From: Cycas panzhihuaensis
Lineage: Eukaryota; Plantae; Cycadophyta
Length of the DNA: 64,000 nt
Direction of reading: 5' to 3'
NCBI GenBank assembly: GCA_023213395.1
Contig: CM041465.1
Span: 171,127,741 to 171,191,740 of the forward strand
Shown here piece after piece: positions 36,626 to 48,300 of this stretch. The number at the start of each line of letters is the position of its first letter. The stretch's first letter is position 1. The notes beneath the pieces are model-generated. The model was not told where the DNA came from. It made no database searches and saw nothing but the letters and a program-made list of their open reading frames with translations. The position numbers were made by a program, and so were the translations under genes.

Positions 36626-38191
36626 ATGCATCTCTTATTGTTATTTGTTTTGTCCTCTCTTAGATTCCTTCTATCGTTCTCAACTCTTGTCCAAGCATCT
36701 CATTTTAATCCTCATCCCTACCTCAACATTCCTCCATCGTTGGGAAACCTCTCTGCCCTGGTGGAATTGGACTTGGGGGTGAACAGTCTGCAGGGTGTCG
36801 TTCCCCCTTGGTTGGGTCTCCTCATTAATCTACAGTCCCTTTTGATTAGCGAGAATCATCTGAGCGGACACATTCCACCGTCCCTTTGTGGATCGTGGAT
36901 ACATTTGCCTGCATGTCTCGCTTCTGCATCCGGGAAACACATACATCATGCACACGAACTTCTCAAAAGAATAATAGCGTCGGTAGCTGCCGTTGGCGGT
37001 CTTATACTGTTCATCTTACTCGTGGGCTTCTTTCGGAGTCGCAATTGATATCCCAAGCATTTGGATCTCTCAAAAGGTTTTACGCCAAAACGAGGTCCCC
37101 CAAGGATTTCATAGCAGGAGCTTCTTACTGCAACTAATGGTTTCGACGAGGCCAACTTGTTAGGAGTTGGTAGCTTTGGGAAGCCATTCTCCGTGACGGA
37201 CCCAAAGCTGCCATAAAGGTGTTTCCTTTGCAGAACGAAGAGTCTGACAAAAGTTTTACGAGAGAATGCAGAGTATTGAGAAGAATTCGGCACCGGACTC
37301 TGGTTCGAATCATAACCTCCATCTCCGACAAACACCTCAAATGTCTGGAAGTTTGGAGAAGTGCTTGCATCCTGCTACAGATGACAATACCGTGGATACA
37401 GAAGCGTGTGGATTAAGTTTGAGTGATCGATTGAATGTGGCAATAGACGTAGCCCGTGGCATGACATATTTGCATCACGATTGTTTTGAGCAGGTGGTTC
37501 ACTGTGATTTAAAGCCTAGCAATGCGCTCCTTGACGAAAGCATGACAGCCCGCGTGACGGACTTTGGCATTGCAAAATTAATTTATCCAAACTCCACCCA
37601 TTCACTCACTTCAACACAGGCTCTCAGAGGTTCTATCGGCTACATCGCCCCAGGTGACCCTCTTATTTGTATTATCTGTGAATTTGTGTTGGAATTGGAA
37701 AAACCAAAATCTAATTATGTGTGAATTGGAATGCAGAGTATGGATTGAATGGAAGGGTTTCAACCAAGGGAGATGTGTACAGCTATGGCATTTTGTCGTT
37801 GGAAATGCTTACAAGGAAAAAGCCAACCGACGCCATGTTTGCGGAAGGGGATTTGAACCTGCACAAGTGGGTCGCCTTGGCTTATCCTGATAGAATACCC
37901 GATGTGGTCGATCGCAGCTTGCTGGAGGGTTTAAATACTGACCGGCAGGAGATCGTCCGCTATTGTCTTTTTCAACTCGTGCATGTGGGATTACTCTCCT
38001 CCAAAGAATCATCAGAAGACCGACCGAGCATGAGAGCAGTGGTGGGGGCATTGGAGAGTATTAAGCAGAGCTTTGAAGGAGCCACACCGTCTGCTGCCAG
38101 ATTTGCATCGGATATATGGCATTTAGTGGGCAATACAAGTGCTGTTGGCGGAGGGTTGGAATCCCGAAGCTCTACTACATCTACTCTCTAG
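36626..38191 (+). pseudogene. LRR receptor-like kinase, subfamily XII (EFR/XA21-like, non-RD), pseudogene
   Basis: Signal peptide, 2 plant LRRs, LCG cap and TM, then TGA at 37046. Kinase motifs ATNGFDEANLLGVGSFG, AIKV, HCDLKPSN, DFGIAK, GSIGYIAP-EYG and GDVYSYG, with another stop and two frameshifting deletions. GT-AG intron at 37654-37736 in the APEY codon. Confidence 0.96.
37654..37736 (+). other. 83-bp spliceosomal intron of the RLK
   Basis: CCAG|GTGA donor, CTAAT branch site at 37711, TGCAG|AG acceptor; splicing restores YIAPEYG. Confidence 0.93.
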
Positions 38192-38418
38192 GTAGTGAGT
38201 GCTTCTAAGATATCACGGCGCAAAGTAGGTGCTCTTCTTTCTTTAACAAGTTGTAGACCATTTTGGAACTCGCAAGTAATTGCGTGGATGTTATCGTTCA
38301 AATGATTTGTTTGTTTGATGTCTAAATATTTTGCATTGGATGAATTTTTTTTTATAGTTTATAAGTGTATGGATGTTTTTCATATGATGTCGAACTTTAT
38401 GGAGATTGTTTATTATGC

Positions 38419-38531
38419 TAAAAAGGATTAATGCCATGAACTACGAGAATCCATATTAAGTAGAGAAAGACTTTAAAAAGGATTAATGCCATGAACTATG
38501 AGAATCCATATTAAGTAGAGAAAGACTTTAA
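38419..38531 (+). repeat. Tandem duplication, 55-bp unit x2
   Basis: TAAAAAGGATTAATGCCATGAACTAYGAGAATCCATATTAAGTAGAGAAAGACTT twice, with a single CpG>TpG difference. Confidence 0.97.
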
Positions 38532-39244
38532 GATGAGTTGGTACTAATATGTGTGTAGATGAATTTGGAGGGGGTGGAAGAAATAATATAAAGAAAAGGG
38601 ATCTTATGAGATTGTCATTTTAGATTATTTGTCCATTCATCTTCTATGGTCATTATGCATCTATCTCCAAATAATAAAATATAATAAAACAACACTTCTT
38701 TGAGAGTAAGGATAAGAGAAGAGAGGGGAAATGAGTGAGGTAAGAGATAATGCACTCAAATATGGGATGGGACATGGGTACAAAAAGACTACCTAAAAAA
38801 AATTACATGTTTCCCTTTAATTCTAATGATAAAGCCATTGATTAACTCATAAGCATATATTCTAAGGCTCTTAAAGTTCTTTCTAGTTGTTTTTAATACT
38901 ATACTTGTTGTACCATCATAAGTTATTTTAAAAGTATCCCAAACTTGCTTAGCAATTATTCCACTTGGAAGGCAAGGGTATAGTTCTTCTTCTAGATTTG
39001 CATAAATAAATTCAGGTGTAAGAGCATTCTTTATTTTATTTTTTGGAGTTGAAAAAGTAAAACATTTGATACTATGCCTTAAAAACCTTTTTTTTTTTAA
39101 TAAGATAAAATTGAATTTATAGTGGGTTTGAAACAGGATCCCACAACCTAATACATCAAAGAATCTTATGTAACCAAGTCATAGATGACCGTGACAACCC
39201 CACGGTCTAGGCCAGAGAAACTAGATGCCGTGACAAGCCCGCGG

Positions 39245-42200
39245 CTAGCTGTTACGAGCCATATCCTTCTCAATCAGAACCATAAGGTCCCTAGGGAAAT
39301 CGCTCTTCCACACTTGACCTATCTTGTTCCTCACCCCCCAGTTTGCCAAAAAATCAGTTGGTTTGTTACCTTCTCTTAGAGTGTGTCTTATACAGACATC
39401 TGCCAATCCCTTAATGATCTCCTTGGTATCATTAAATAAGGGTTGGAATCTCCAGTCTAGGAGGACCGTACCTTTCAACGTGTTGAACACGACCTCTGAA
39501 TCCCCCTCGATTACCAGTCGCTGAAAGTTTCCTTCCAGGGCTAGGTCTAAGGCTTTAAGCATAGCGTGCATCTATGCATAATGGTTTGTTTGACATTCGT
39601 AGTACTTTGCAAAGCCCCAGATTAGAGTACCTTTGTAGTCCCTACAGATACCCCCCTTCCCAGCTTCTCTAGGGTTCCCTTTTGCTACCCCAACAAAATT
39701 TATTTTAATCCAGGGCTCTTCTGGAGGCTACCAACTGCTACATCTGGGCTTAGCTGCGTCAAAATCAAGCTTTATACCCCATTTACGCAGAATCCTATTC
39801 GCAGCTAGGGATATACACTTTTCATTGATATTTCTGACATTTTCTCTAATGTCTGTACAAATTCTGTTGAAAATAGTAATCTGGTCCATCTGAGTCGCTT
39901 GGAAAATCCTGCAGTTCCTCTCTTTCCAGATGTTCCACGCCAGAATTGGAAGTGCAGTCTTCGAGATACAGCGCAATGTTCTACTTCTAAATGAGCTAAG
40001 CCAAGCAATCCAGAGATCAACAATCTTTTCTTAGAATGTCCAGCAGACCTCCAGTTTTTCAAGCAGCATCCTCCATACCTCCCTTGTGAAAGAGAACTCT
40101 AGGAAGATATGGTCCATGGATTCCTCTTCAGTGTAACATATAATACATCTGTTTACCAGCAAAAAACCCCTCTTTTTGAGGTTATCAACAGTGAGAATTT
40201 TATTTCTAAGACAAATCCACCAAAAGATAACTATCTTGGGGATGATAGGGAGCCTCCATACTCCTACCAATATTGGGTTACTCTGGTCCCCTCTTGTTAA
40301 GCATAAGTAGTGGTATCCTTGTTTGATAGTGTAATCCCCGGATGAGCTCAAAGGCCACACAATTGAATCTGGCGAAGGTATTCTAGGGATATAGCTCTTT
40401 CCTAGAATCCTTTTAATGGCATTAAGACCCTCTTATAATCTTTCTCCCTGGATTTCTGCTAAAGTTCTCCAGTTCCTGTTCCTACCGCTCCCGGTCCAAT
40501 AATCTTTTACAAGTATACCTTAATGCCTAATACAAGGACCCATGATAGGTGCCAGCTCTGGATATTCCTTTAGAGCCTTGTCGCAGCACCACGCATCCTC
40601 CCAAAATCTAATGGAATTACCATCTCTAAGTTTCCACTTCAGGCTGTTCCTTATAGCTTTCCAAGCTTTAAGAATGCTCCTCTAGACGGTTGAACCAGCC
40701 TGAGAAGCATTATTATCTATGAGAGAGCCCCCTTGGATATATTTTCTAGATAAGATCCTCTCCCATAGCCTCTCTACCCCTTTGAATAATCGCCATCCCA
40801 ACTTTGCCCCGAGAGCGGCGTTAAAGGGAGAGAGCCTTCTCAGGTTAAGGCCACTAGCCTATTTCGGGGAACAGACCTTATTCCAACTCACCAAATGTAT
40901 CCTGTCCTTGCTTTTAGCCCTAGACCATAGAAATCTTTTCTGAATGGATTCAATAATGTCCGAGATACCCGACGAGACTCTAAAGATAGACATCCAAAAG
41001 ACAAGAATGCTCTGTAGCGTAGAAGTAACAAGCTGGAGTTTTCCAGCTAAACTTAAAAGGGCGCCTTTCCAGCCCGCCAACTTCCTTTACATCCTGTCAA
41101 TAAGGGGGTTCCACATATCCTTGGTCATCTTCCTAACAAAGAGGGGCAAACTAAGGTAAGTTGTAGGGAGCTTTACTATACCTATCTCAAGGATTCTGCT
41201 GATTCTACCTTGGGTACAGCCTGGGGTATTTATGAAGAAGACATTATTCTTGTTCAGGCTTATAATCTGGTTCGTAGCCTTTTCAAAATGACCCAAGATC
41301 TCTTTTAATTAGATGCCTCCCTTATAGTAGCCTTCCCTAAGAAAATATTATCATCCACAAATTGATGATGGGCCACATTATCCATCCCAGATGTCGGTTT
41401 AATACCGTTTATAATCCCCTATCTCTTAGCGGACTCAATGGTTCTACCTAATAACTCAACCACCGTAATGAACAGGAAAGGTGAGATGGGGTCACCCTGT
41501 CTCAATCCCCTGAATCCAGGAAAAAAGCTGGAAGATGAACCATTGATGATAACTGAGAATTGTGGGTTACCAATACATAGCTTTATCCACGACCGCCAAG
41601 TTTCCCCAAAGCCAAAAGCCTCAAGGCAGTCGAGTAAGCACTCCCAAGAGACCCTATCAAAGGCTTTCGTGAGATCAATCTTAATGAGCATCACAGGCTC
41701 CTTTCTTTCTGCGACTGAATGAATTGTTTTGTGGACAATGATATAACCATCATAGATCTGTCTACCCCGAAGAAAGACATCTTGATTTTGGTAAATGATG
41801 TTTGGCATGATTTTCTTTAGTCTGTTAACCAGCACCTTAGTTATGATCTTGTATTTAACCTTGCAGAGACTAATGGGGCAGAACTCTTCCATCCTTTTCG
41901 CCCCATCTTTTTTCGGGATGAGAACGAGGAATGTAGTCTGCCATTCCTGCAGAACCTTTCTATTTACATAAAACTCCTGTAGAGCATCCATAAGATCCCC
42001 CTTAATAATGTCCTAAAACTCTTGGAAAAACCCCGGAGGGAATCCATCGGGGCCTGGGGCTTTATCTTTCTTCATACCAAGAACCTTACGACTTCTTCCA
42101 GGTGAGCGGGCTGTAGGCGAGAATTTTGAGCTTCATTCACCAGACAAGGGATATTGTTAAGGAAGTCCTTCCTCTTTTCCACATCCTTATCCTGCAACTC

Positions 42201-43412
42201 AGTAAATAAGTCCTTGAAATATTCGTTGGCTAGCTCCTTCATGCCCTCTGCCGAGCTTACTATTGTGCCATCTTCCTTTTGAAGACTAGTGATCCTATTG
42301 TTCGCTCTATGTTTGGCTGTGGTCATATGGAAAAATCTGGTGTTTATGTCTCCCTCAACCAGCCACAAAGCCCTGGATTTTTATCTCCAATGAATTTCCT
42401 CTCTGGTAAGTGTCTCCTCTAGGGCCTCAACCAGCTCCTTCTCTGCCTTATCTAGCTCTGGGGTTCTGCCCAATCATTCGATCCGGTCCTCAATTTCTTT
42501 TAAATCACGGATGGTTTTGTCCTTCTATTCATTTATATTATGAAATACTTCCCTGTTCCAAACCTTCGCTTGTCTTTTGACCCAGTCCAGCTTCTTCGAG
42601 AATCTATACATTGCATGTCCTTTAATGTCAATACCCCACCAGTCCTCGATCCTCTTCCAAAGATCTGGATGGCGAAGCCACATTAATTCGAATCTGAAGG
42701 GAGCCCCTATGAATTTACCCAAATCCGGAAATTGCAGCAAGAGGGGCGAATGGTCAGAACTGATCCTCGGTAGAGCCTCTAGGGTGAAGTCATTGAAACA
42801 CCTCATCCATTCAAAGTTAACCAGCAACCTGTCTAATTTGATTTGGATAAGGTTATCCCCCAAATGTTTGTTAGACTAGGTAAATGAAGCACCCCTAAGT
42901 TTGACATCCTCCAGGCCCCCCTGCTGTAGGAAGTCACCGAACTCGTTCATGCTAGATGTCCATCCACCGGAGCCACCTCTCTTATCCCCTGGGGATAATG
43001 CCGAGTTGAAATCTCCCGCCAGCATCCATGGGTGTCGGCAGTCCCTATGGGCCTCCAATAATCTATCCTAAAGCCTCTTCCTAGCCTCTTGAAGATTTAG
43101 GGCATATACATTTGTGGCAAACCAAGTAGTATTGTTACTTTTATTCGTTAACCGCACTAAAATAAAGGACTCCTCTGTTAGAAAAATTTCACCCGACCAT
43201 ATAGTCGGGTTCCATAGCACCATTAAGCCCCCGACCTCAGTGCCTTCAGCATGTTTCCAAATTTTGTTCCTAATTTTTGGTCCACTCTCCTTGGACAGTT
43301 TGGTTTCTTGCAAGAAGATCGGGTCCGGCTGATATCTATTCCTCATGTCCCTAATAATTCTCTGCTTCGAAGGGGAATTGAGACCCCTAATGTTCCATGA
43401 TATGATTTTTAT
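39245..43412 (-). pseudogene. LINE ORF2 (APE endonuclease, RT, zf-RVT, RNase H-like), disrupted
   Basis: IKIISWNIRGLN (start reads ATA), LQETK, AGDFN, KLDR, SDH; PGPDG, DLTKAFDRV, GLRQGDPISP, QFVDD (~41351); CIICYTEEESMDH; IEGDS, HTLREGN. Multiple stops and frameshifts. Confidence 0.96.
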
Positions 43413-43429
43413 CTTTTTTTCCTTTATTT

Positions 43430-44604
43430 CTAGACTTTGTCCATTTCTCCTTTTAGAGGCTCTTTACCTTCTGCTCTAGATCTAAGAGTAGGTCCTTCAA
43501 GGAACACTTCCTTTAAGGTTGTCTGGGTGCCTTGATCTACCTGTGCAGCCGTTTCTTTCTCTCTCTGTGATTTTGAAGGTGGTCTCCCAACCTTCTTTTC
43601 AGCTCCCACGTCAGGCTGCTTCTTATGGGGTATACCCAAATGCAGTAATGAATATGGGCCTAACATCCCTAGGTCCTCCAATATGGGCATCTCTGGCTTC
43701 TCCCCAACCAAAAGCCCTTGGCTCACTAGTTCTTTTACCGCATCAGTAGAGGGGCCCTTTGTAGGCAAAGGGGACAAATCTGACCCCGGCACGGCCTGCT
43801 TATCCCCCGACCTCTGTGGGTCAGGCGAGGCATTTTGGGCCAGAGATACAACCTCAATAGGGGGTGAGTCCCCTATTCCATCCTCTCTAACTGGACACTC
43901 TGGAGTTGCTGGAGCCTGCGCTTCTAGCTTCCCTTCCTCTAGGAGCGTGTCCTCCTGATTTGGGTTAAAATCGAGATTCAGGTGAGGGGCCTCAGCTACC
44001 ACCATTAGGCCTGAACGTTCTAGGGTCTCTCCTTTTTCCTTCTCCTTCTCATGGGGGATTGGTTCTGTGGGACCCTCTATTATCTCATCTTTAGAGAGTT
44101 GCACTCTTGGGCATTTTTGGGGCAGGTGCCCCAAATTTCTGCAGGCGGAACATCTAAAATGATCCATCTCATAAATCAATGGCTGGACCCAGCTTCTTCC
44201 TCCTATGTCCATCCATATGTCATCCAAGAGGGGTTTGTCTATTCTTACCAAAGCACAAATTCTGGTATTAATGAGCTTACTCTTGTTCTTTGCTGCAGAG
44301 TCAATCGCTAAGAGAGAACCCACCGCTTTCGCTATGCCTTTAAATACCTTGGGGTTCCAATGGTGCAATTGGAGACCCAGAAGTTGGATCCATATAGGAG
44401 CTTGCCTAATTTTTGGGATCGAGGGATCAAAGTCCCTATGCCATTTCTCGAGGGATAGGGCCTTTCTGCCAAACATCCATGGGGCTCTAATCAGAATACT
44501 GGACATATCTTCGTAAGAGGTGAATTTAAATAGCACACAGCCCTTAGGCATGGCTATTACTTCCACGCAACTTGTCGTTTTCCATTTGGTCCTCGTCCAT
44601 GTCC
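43430..44604 (-). pseudogene. LINE ORF1, N-terminally truncated (DUF4283-like region plus CCHC knuckle)
   Basis: Open frame with APWMFG..L.KW, APIWIQL.GL and CSACRNLGHLPQKC. The first ~9 residues of the listed ORF come from flanking DNA. Confidence 0.93.
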
Positions 44605-45283
44605 TAATGAAATTTGCATTCTTATAGACCACCCCAAATAGTTCTTTCCATTATATTTGGGATAATAAATTTATATGAAGCCATTATAAAAGTTCACCTT
44701 AAATGCATATAAGACGGGCCACACATTCACATAGATACTTTAATAAGATGATAGATATCCTATACTAGATTTTAGGACCTCCTTCTACCTCTTAATCCTT
44801 TATAGGACTTAATATATAAATTATAATAAATTTCTTAATAAAATACTTTACTATAGCCTTCTAGGGTTTAAAACTCAATTTCATTAGAGTTAAGAAATAG
44901 ATTGAAAGATGATGTAGAGGGCGTAAAAGAAAATTTTATCTAGTTACCATGTAGGGATTTAATATAAAGGCTCCACTTTGGAATAAAATTTCTCCATGAA
45001 AATGGCACCAAAATATATCATATCATATATCAAAATGACTATTTTTGAGACAAGATTCCAAAATTTAGACTCTTTAGAAAATGGACTCCTGGAACTTAAG
45101 ATATTAAAGAAAATACATAGGTGCCCCTTTGTGAAAAATAAAATTGGGTGGATTAGTGTTTAACCCCTCTTAATAATTAGTGGTTGGATATATGAGACTA
45201 TTAAGGACTAGGAGCTAAAGTCACTAAGAGCTAATAGACTCTGAATAGAATTCTAATCTAGCTTAATTTTTTTAAAATATTAT

Positions 45284-45318
<35 letters not shown>

Positions 45319-48300
45319 AGTGTTAAACATTTCACCTACATGTAAAAAATTCTTCCTCAGTCTACAAAAAAGTTAAATAAACTCTATAAATAATAGATCA
45401 AATGATATTCATATAGGTGAGGTTGAGGCACTAATGGATCATTTAATGTAGATTCCTCATATACTTATAGTGGGTATAGATAAGTTACACACCATAGAGA
45501 CTAAATCTCCGTGGAGCAACTTAAGATGACATAATCTCTAAAGGTAGAATGACTATGAGTGATGAATCCAAGGGCATACGTCTCCACACATAGTAGTGAA
45601 CCAACAAAGTTCCACAAATGATTCATATTAGGATGGTCACATAATATGAATTAAAGCACCATTTAGATAAGAAGATATATGTCATGTGGAGTATAATAAA
45701 TATAAATGAATTTTAATGATTTTAAACAAGGAGAATATATTTGAACAGATTCTCAAATAGACTTGGAATAACTCCATAATTAAATAGAAAATGGCTACAA
45801 AATAAAATTGAATAGACTGTAATAGGTATGTCTACCAACACACAAACCATATAATCTTGTATATGTAACTTAGAGTTTCTTTATCAAAATGGATAACACA
45901 AATAACTAAATCTATATAGCCACCTCCTCATAATCAATGAACTAGGGTTTTACGTTAACACTGGTAAACTAGTAAATCTATAAAATAATATACTTGTAAT
46001 ATATCTTTCTTTTTATCGTAGCTCTAATATTTCACTTGAGCTCTAATACCATGTAGAAAAATGAAATTGATAGAAATTAATAATATACAAATAAAAATAA
46101 ACAAACACTATGATCATAATGGTACCCTTAAAGTACCTTAGATTAACACTAAAATAATATTATAACTTTATTTAGTATGATATATTAAGTGTGTATTTAT
46201 ATTACATAACTTGACTATGCATGGGACCCACAACATAATGCCAACATCATAGCATAATTAATTATACAAATATGCATTGTAATTTTGCCTCATGAAGTAT
46301 GAACCAAGCCATTTCAATAATATCAACCACTTAGATCATGTGTGAGAATCTTTTCATCAACTAATCATGTGTCAACCATTAAACCACTTAAATTAAATAC
46401 TACTCGAATATTTTAAAGTTCAGTATTCATATGCTCCCTGTTAATTCTTAATTTATAAAACTTCTCAAATGTCTTTAAAACCATATTGGACCACCATTTT
46501 ATCATACCACCTATGAATACCAATAATCAAACTTATCTTCAACATGCTTGTTTTACTACAAGCAAATGTCATATTATATTATCTCATCTTACCACCTATA
46601 AATCATTAATCAAACACAATAAAAACTTGTTATAACATAAAAAGTTTCTCCTTAACAAATTTATATCTTGTACTTATAAGTTACAAAATAAATTGATTAA
46701 CTAATCAATAAACCAATTTCACTAATGTCCATATAAAATAGTAACCATTTACTAAAATGCATGGTAAAATAACTTCTATAATTAGTAGGTAACTAAGAAG
46801 TATTTCATTTATGTGGTTCATCATCTTCTTTAATAATAAACAACATACTTTAAGAATAAGCTAAACTACTTGGACAAATAAACATGTTGTAATAAGAGTA
46901 GCTTATAATTTTGCATAGGTAAACACTTGTAGTTTTCTTTAGTAACCATCAATAATTTTGCATAGGTAAAACTTGTAGTTTTCTTTAGTAACCAATCTCT
47001 CTTAATCACCTCGTCAAACCAACAAAACCATAGAGGTATTAACATTATTAAGGAATCTAAAAGTTGTACAATTACACTATTATTTTAAGTATCCTAATAA
47101 GATAGGTAGGATATGGCAAGATGATGGACATTGTCTATTATACAAAGTAAATGGATTTCCTTCCCTTTGCTACACTCTAAAAAGGAATTTCTTGGGGATC
47201 ATACTATAAAGTATAATGCTATGGTGAATGGAATTTAGTGTTATAGGGGAGATTTACAAACTCAACATCCATATTATTCTTCAAATATGCATATATGTAT
47301 CATTAGAAAATTAAGGTTGATATCATGTGAGATGAATATAAAAAAGAAAGTAGTATAAAATACCATATTTAAATAATTAAATGATTATATATGTGTGTGT
47401 ACTTAATAAAGGACTAATAAGAAATAGTTAGAAATATATGAAGATTTGATAGCTTTAATCACACATACTAAGAACACTCATATATTCATATATTATAGGT
47501 ATTTGCTTGTTTACTCACTTATGAGAAATAATTATATGCACCTAGAAGAATTTATGTAAATTTATGTACACTAATTTAGAGTACACAACAATACACCACA
47601 GAGTAATTAATACATCATTAAGTGGTTACAATGATCACTCACATAATCCATGTATTAAACTTTATCTTCAACACTTGACCATAATGTTTTATTCATTGTG
47701 ATTTATAGAAAATACTTTTTGACTTTACCAAATAAGTGTGCGACCCCTTTAATTGTGCTTCCTTATTTTCTTCTTAATTCCCATATTAACTCTTCCAATT
47801 TAAGGCCCTTAAGCTTCAACATTATTTTTAGCTTTTAAGCATGATTTATCAATGTTTATATAAAGAAACAACCATCTAGTAGAATATATAGGTAGCCAAT
47901 CACAGCAAATACTAGTTTTTAAGGAAGTTCTTCATATATATGGTTTATCTACATCTATAAATTTTCATGAGTTATTTATTTATAATCTTTCCATGTATTC
48001 ACACTTATCATAGTGCATTATAAAAGTAGGCCAAACTACCTAACTAAATAAATACTAAGCCAAATGTTGTAGGGGCATAATATTAAAATTATTAACATGT
48101 AAGAAATAAGATTAAAATTAATATTTATAAGGTTTTCAACAAAATAATAATCAATAGTTTGTATATTGGTTTTTGAAAAACTTTGCACCTTTCTAGGGCA
48201 ATTAGACTTTTATATCTAGATTAAATTTTCCTTTAATTATGTATTTTTCATCTAATATATCTCAACCTTGCCACAATGGTATTAGAGCTATTTGGGGTTA

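Larger units (their letters stand above)
39088..44604 (-). mobile_element. L1-clade LINE with C-terminal RNase H-like domain, 5'-truncated, relatively young
   Basis: T11 tract at 39088-39098 is the poly(A); absent from the paralogous empty site (1001-1012); ORF1 and ORF2 motifs present; markedly higher GC than the flanks. Confidence 0.98.

Noticed and set aside
37266-38191. Two separate kinase genes (ORFs 37266-37724 and 37721-38191)
   Set aside because: They are two exons of one disrupted RLK separated by an 83-bp intron.
44605-44632. Apparent start of LINE ORF1 (MVYKNANFI)
   Set aside because: A GTG and residues from the flanking Copia remnant that is also present in copy A; the true ORF1 5' end is missing.
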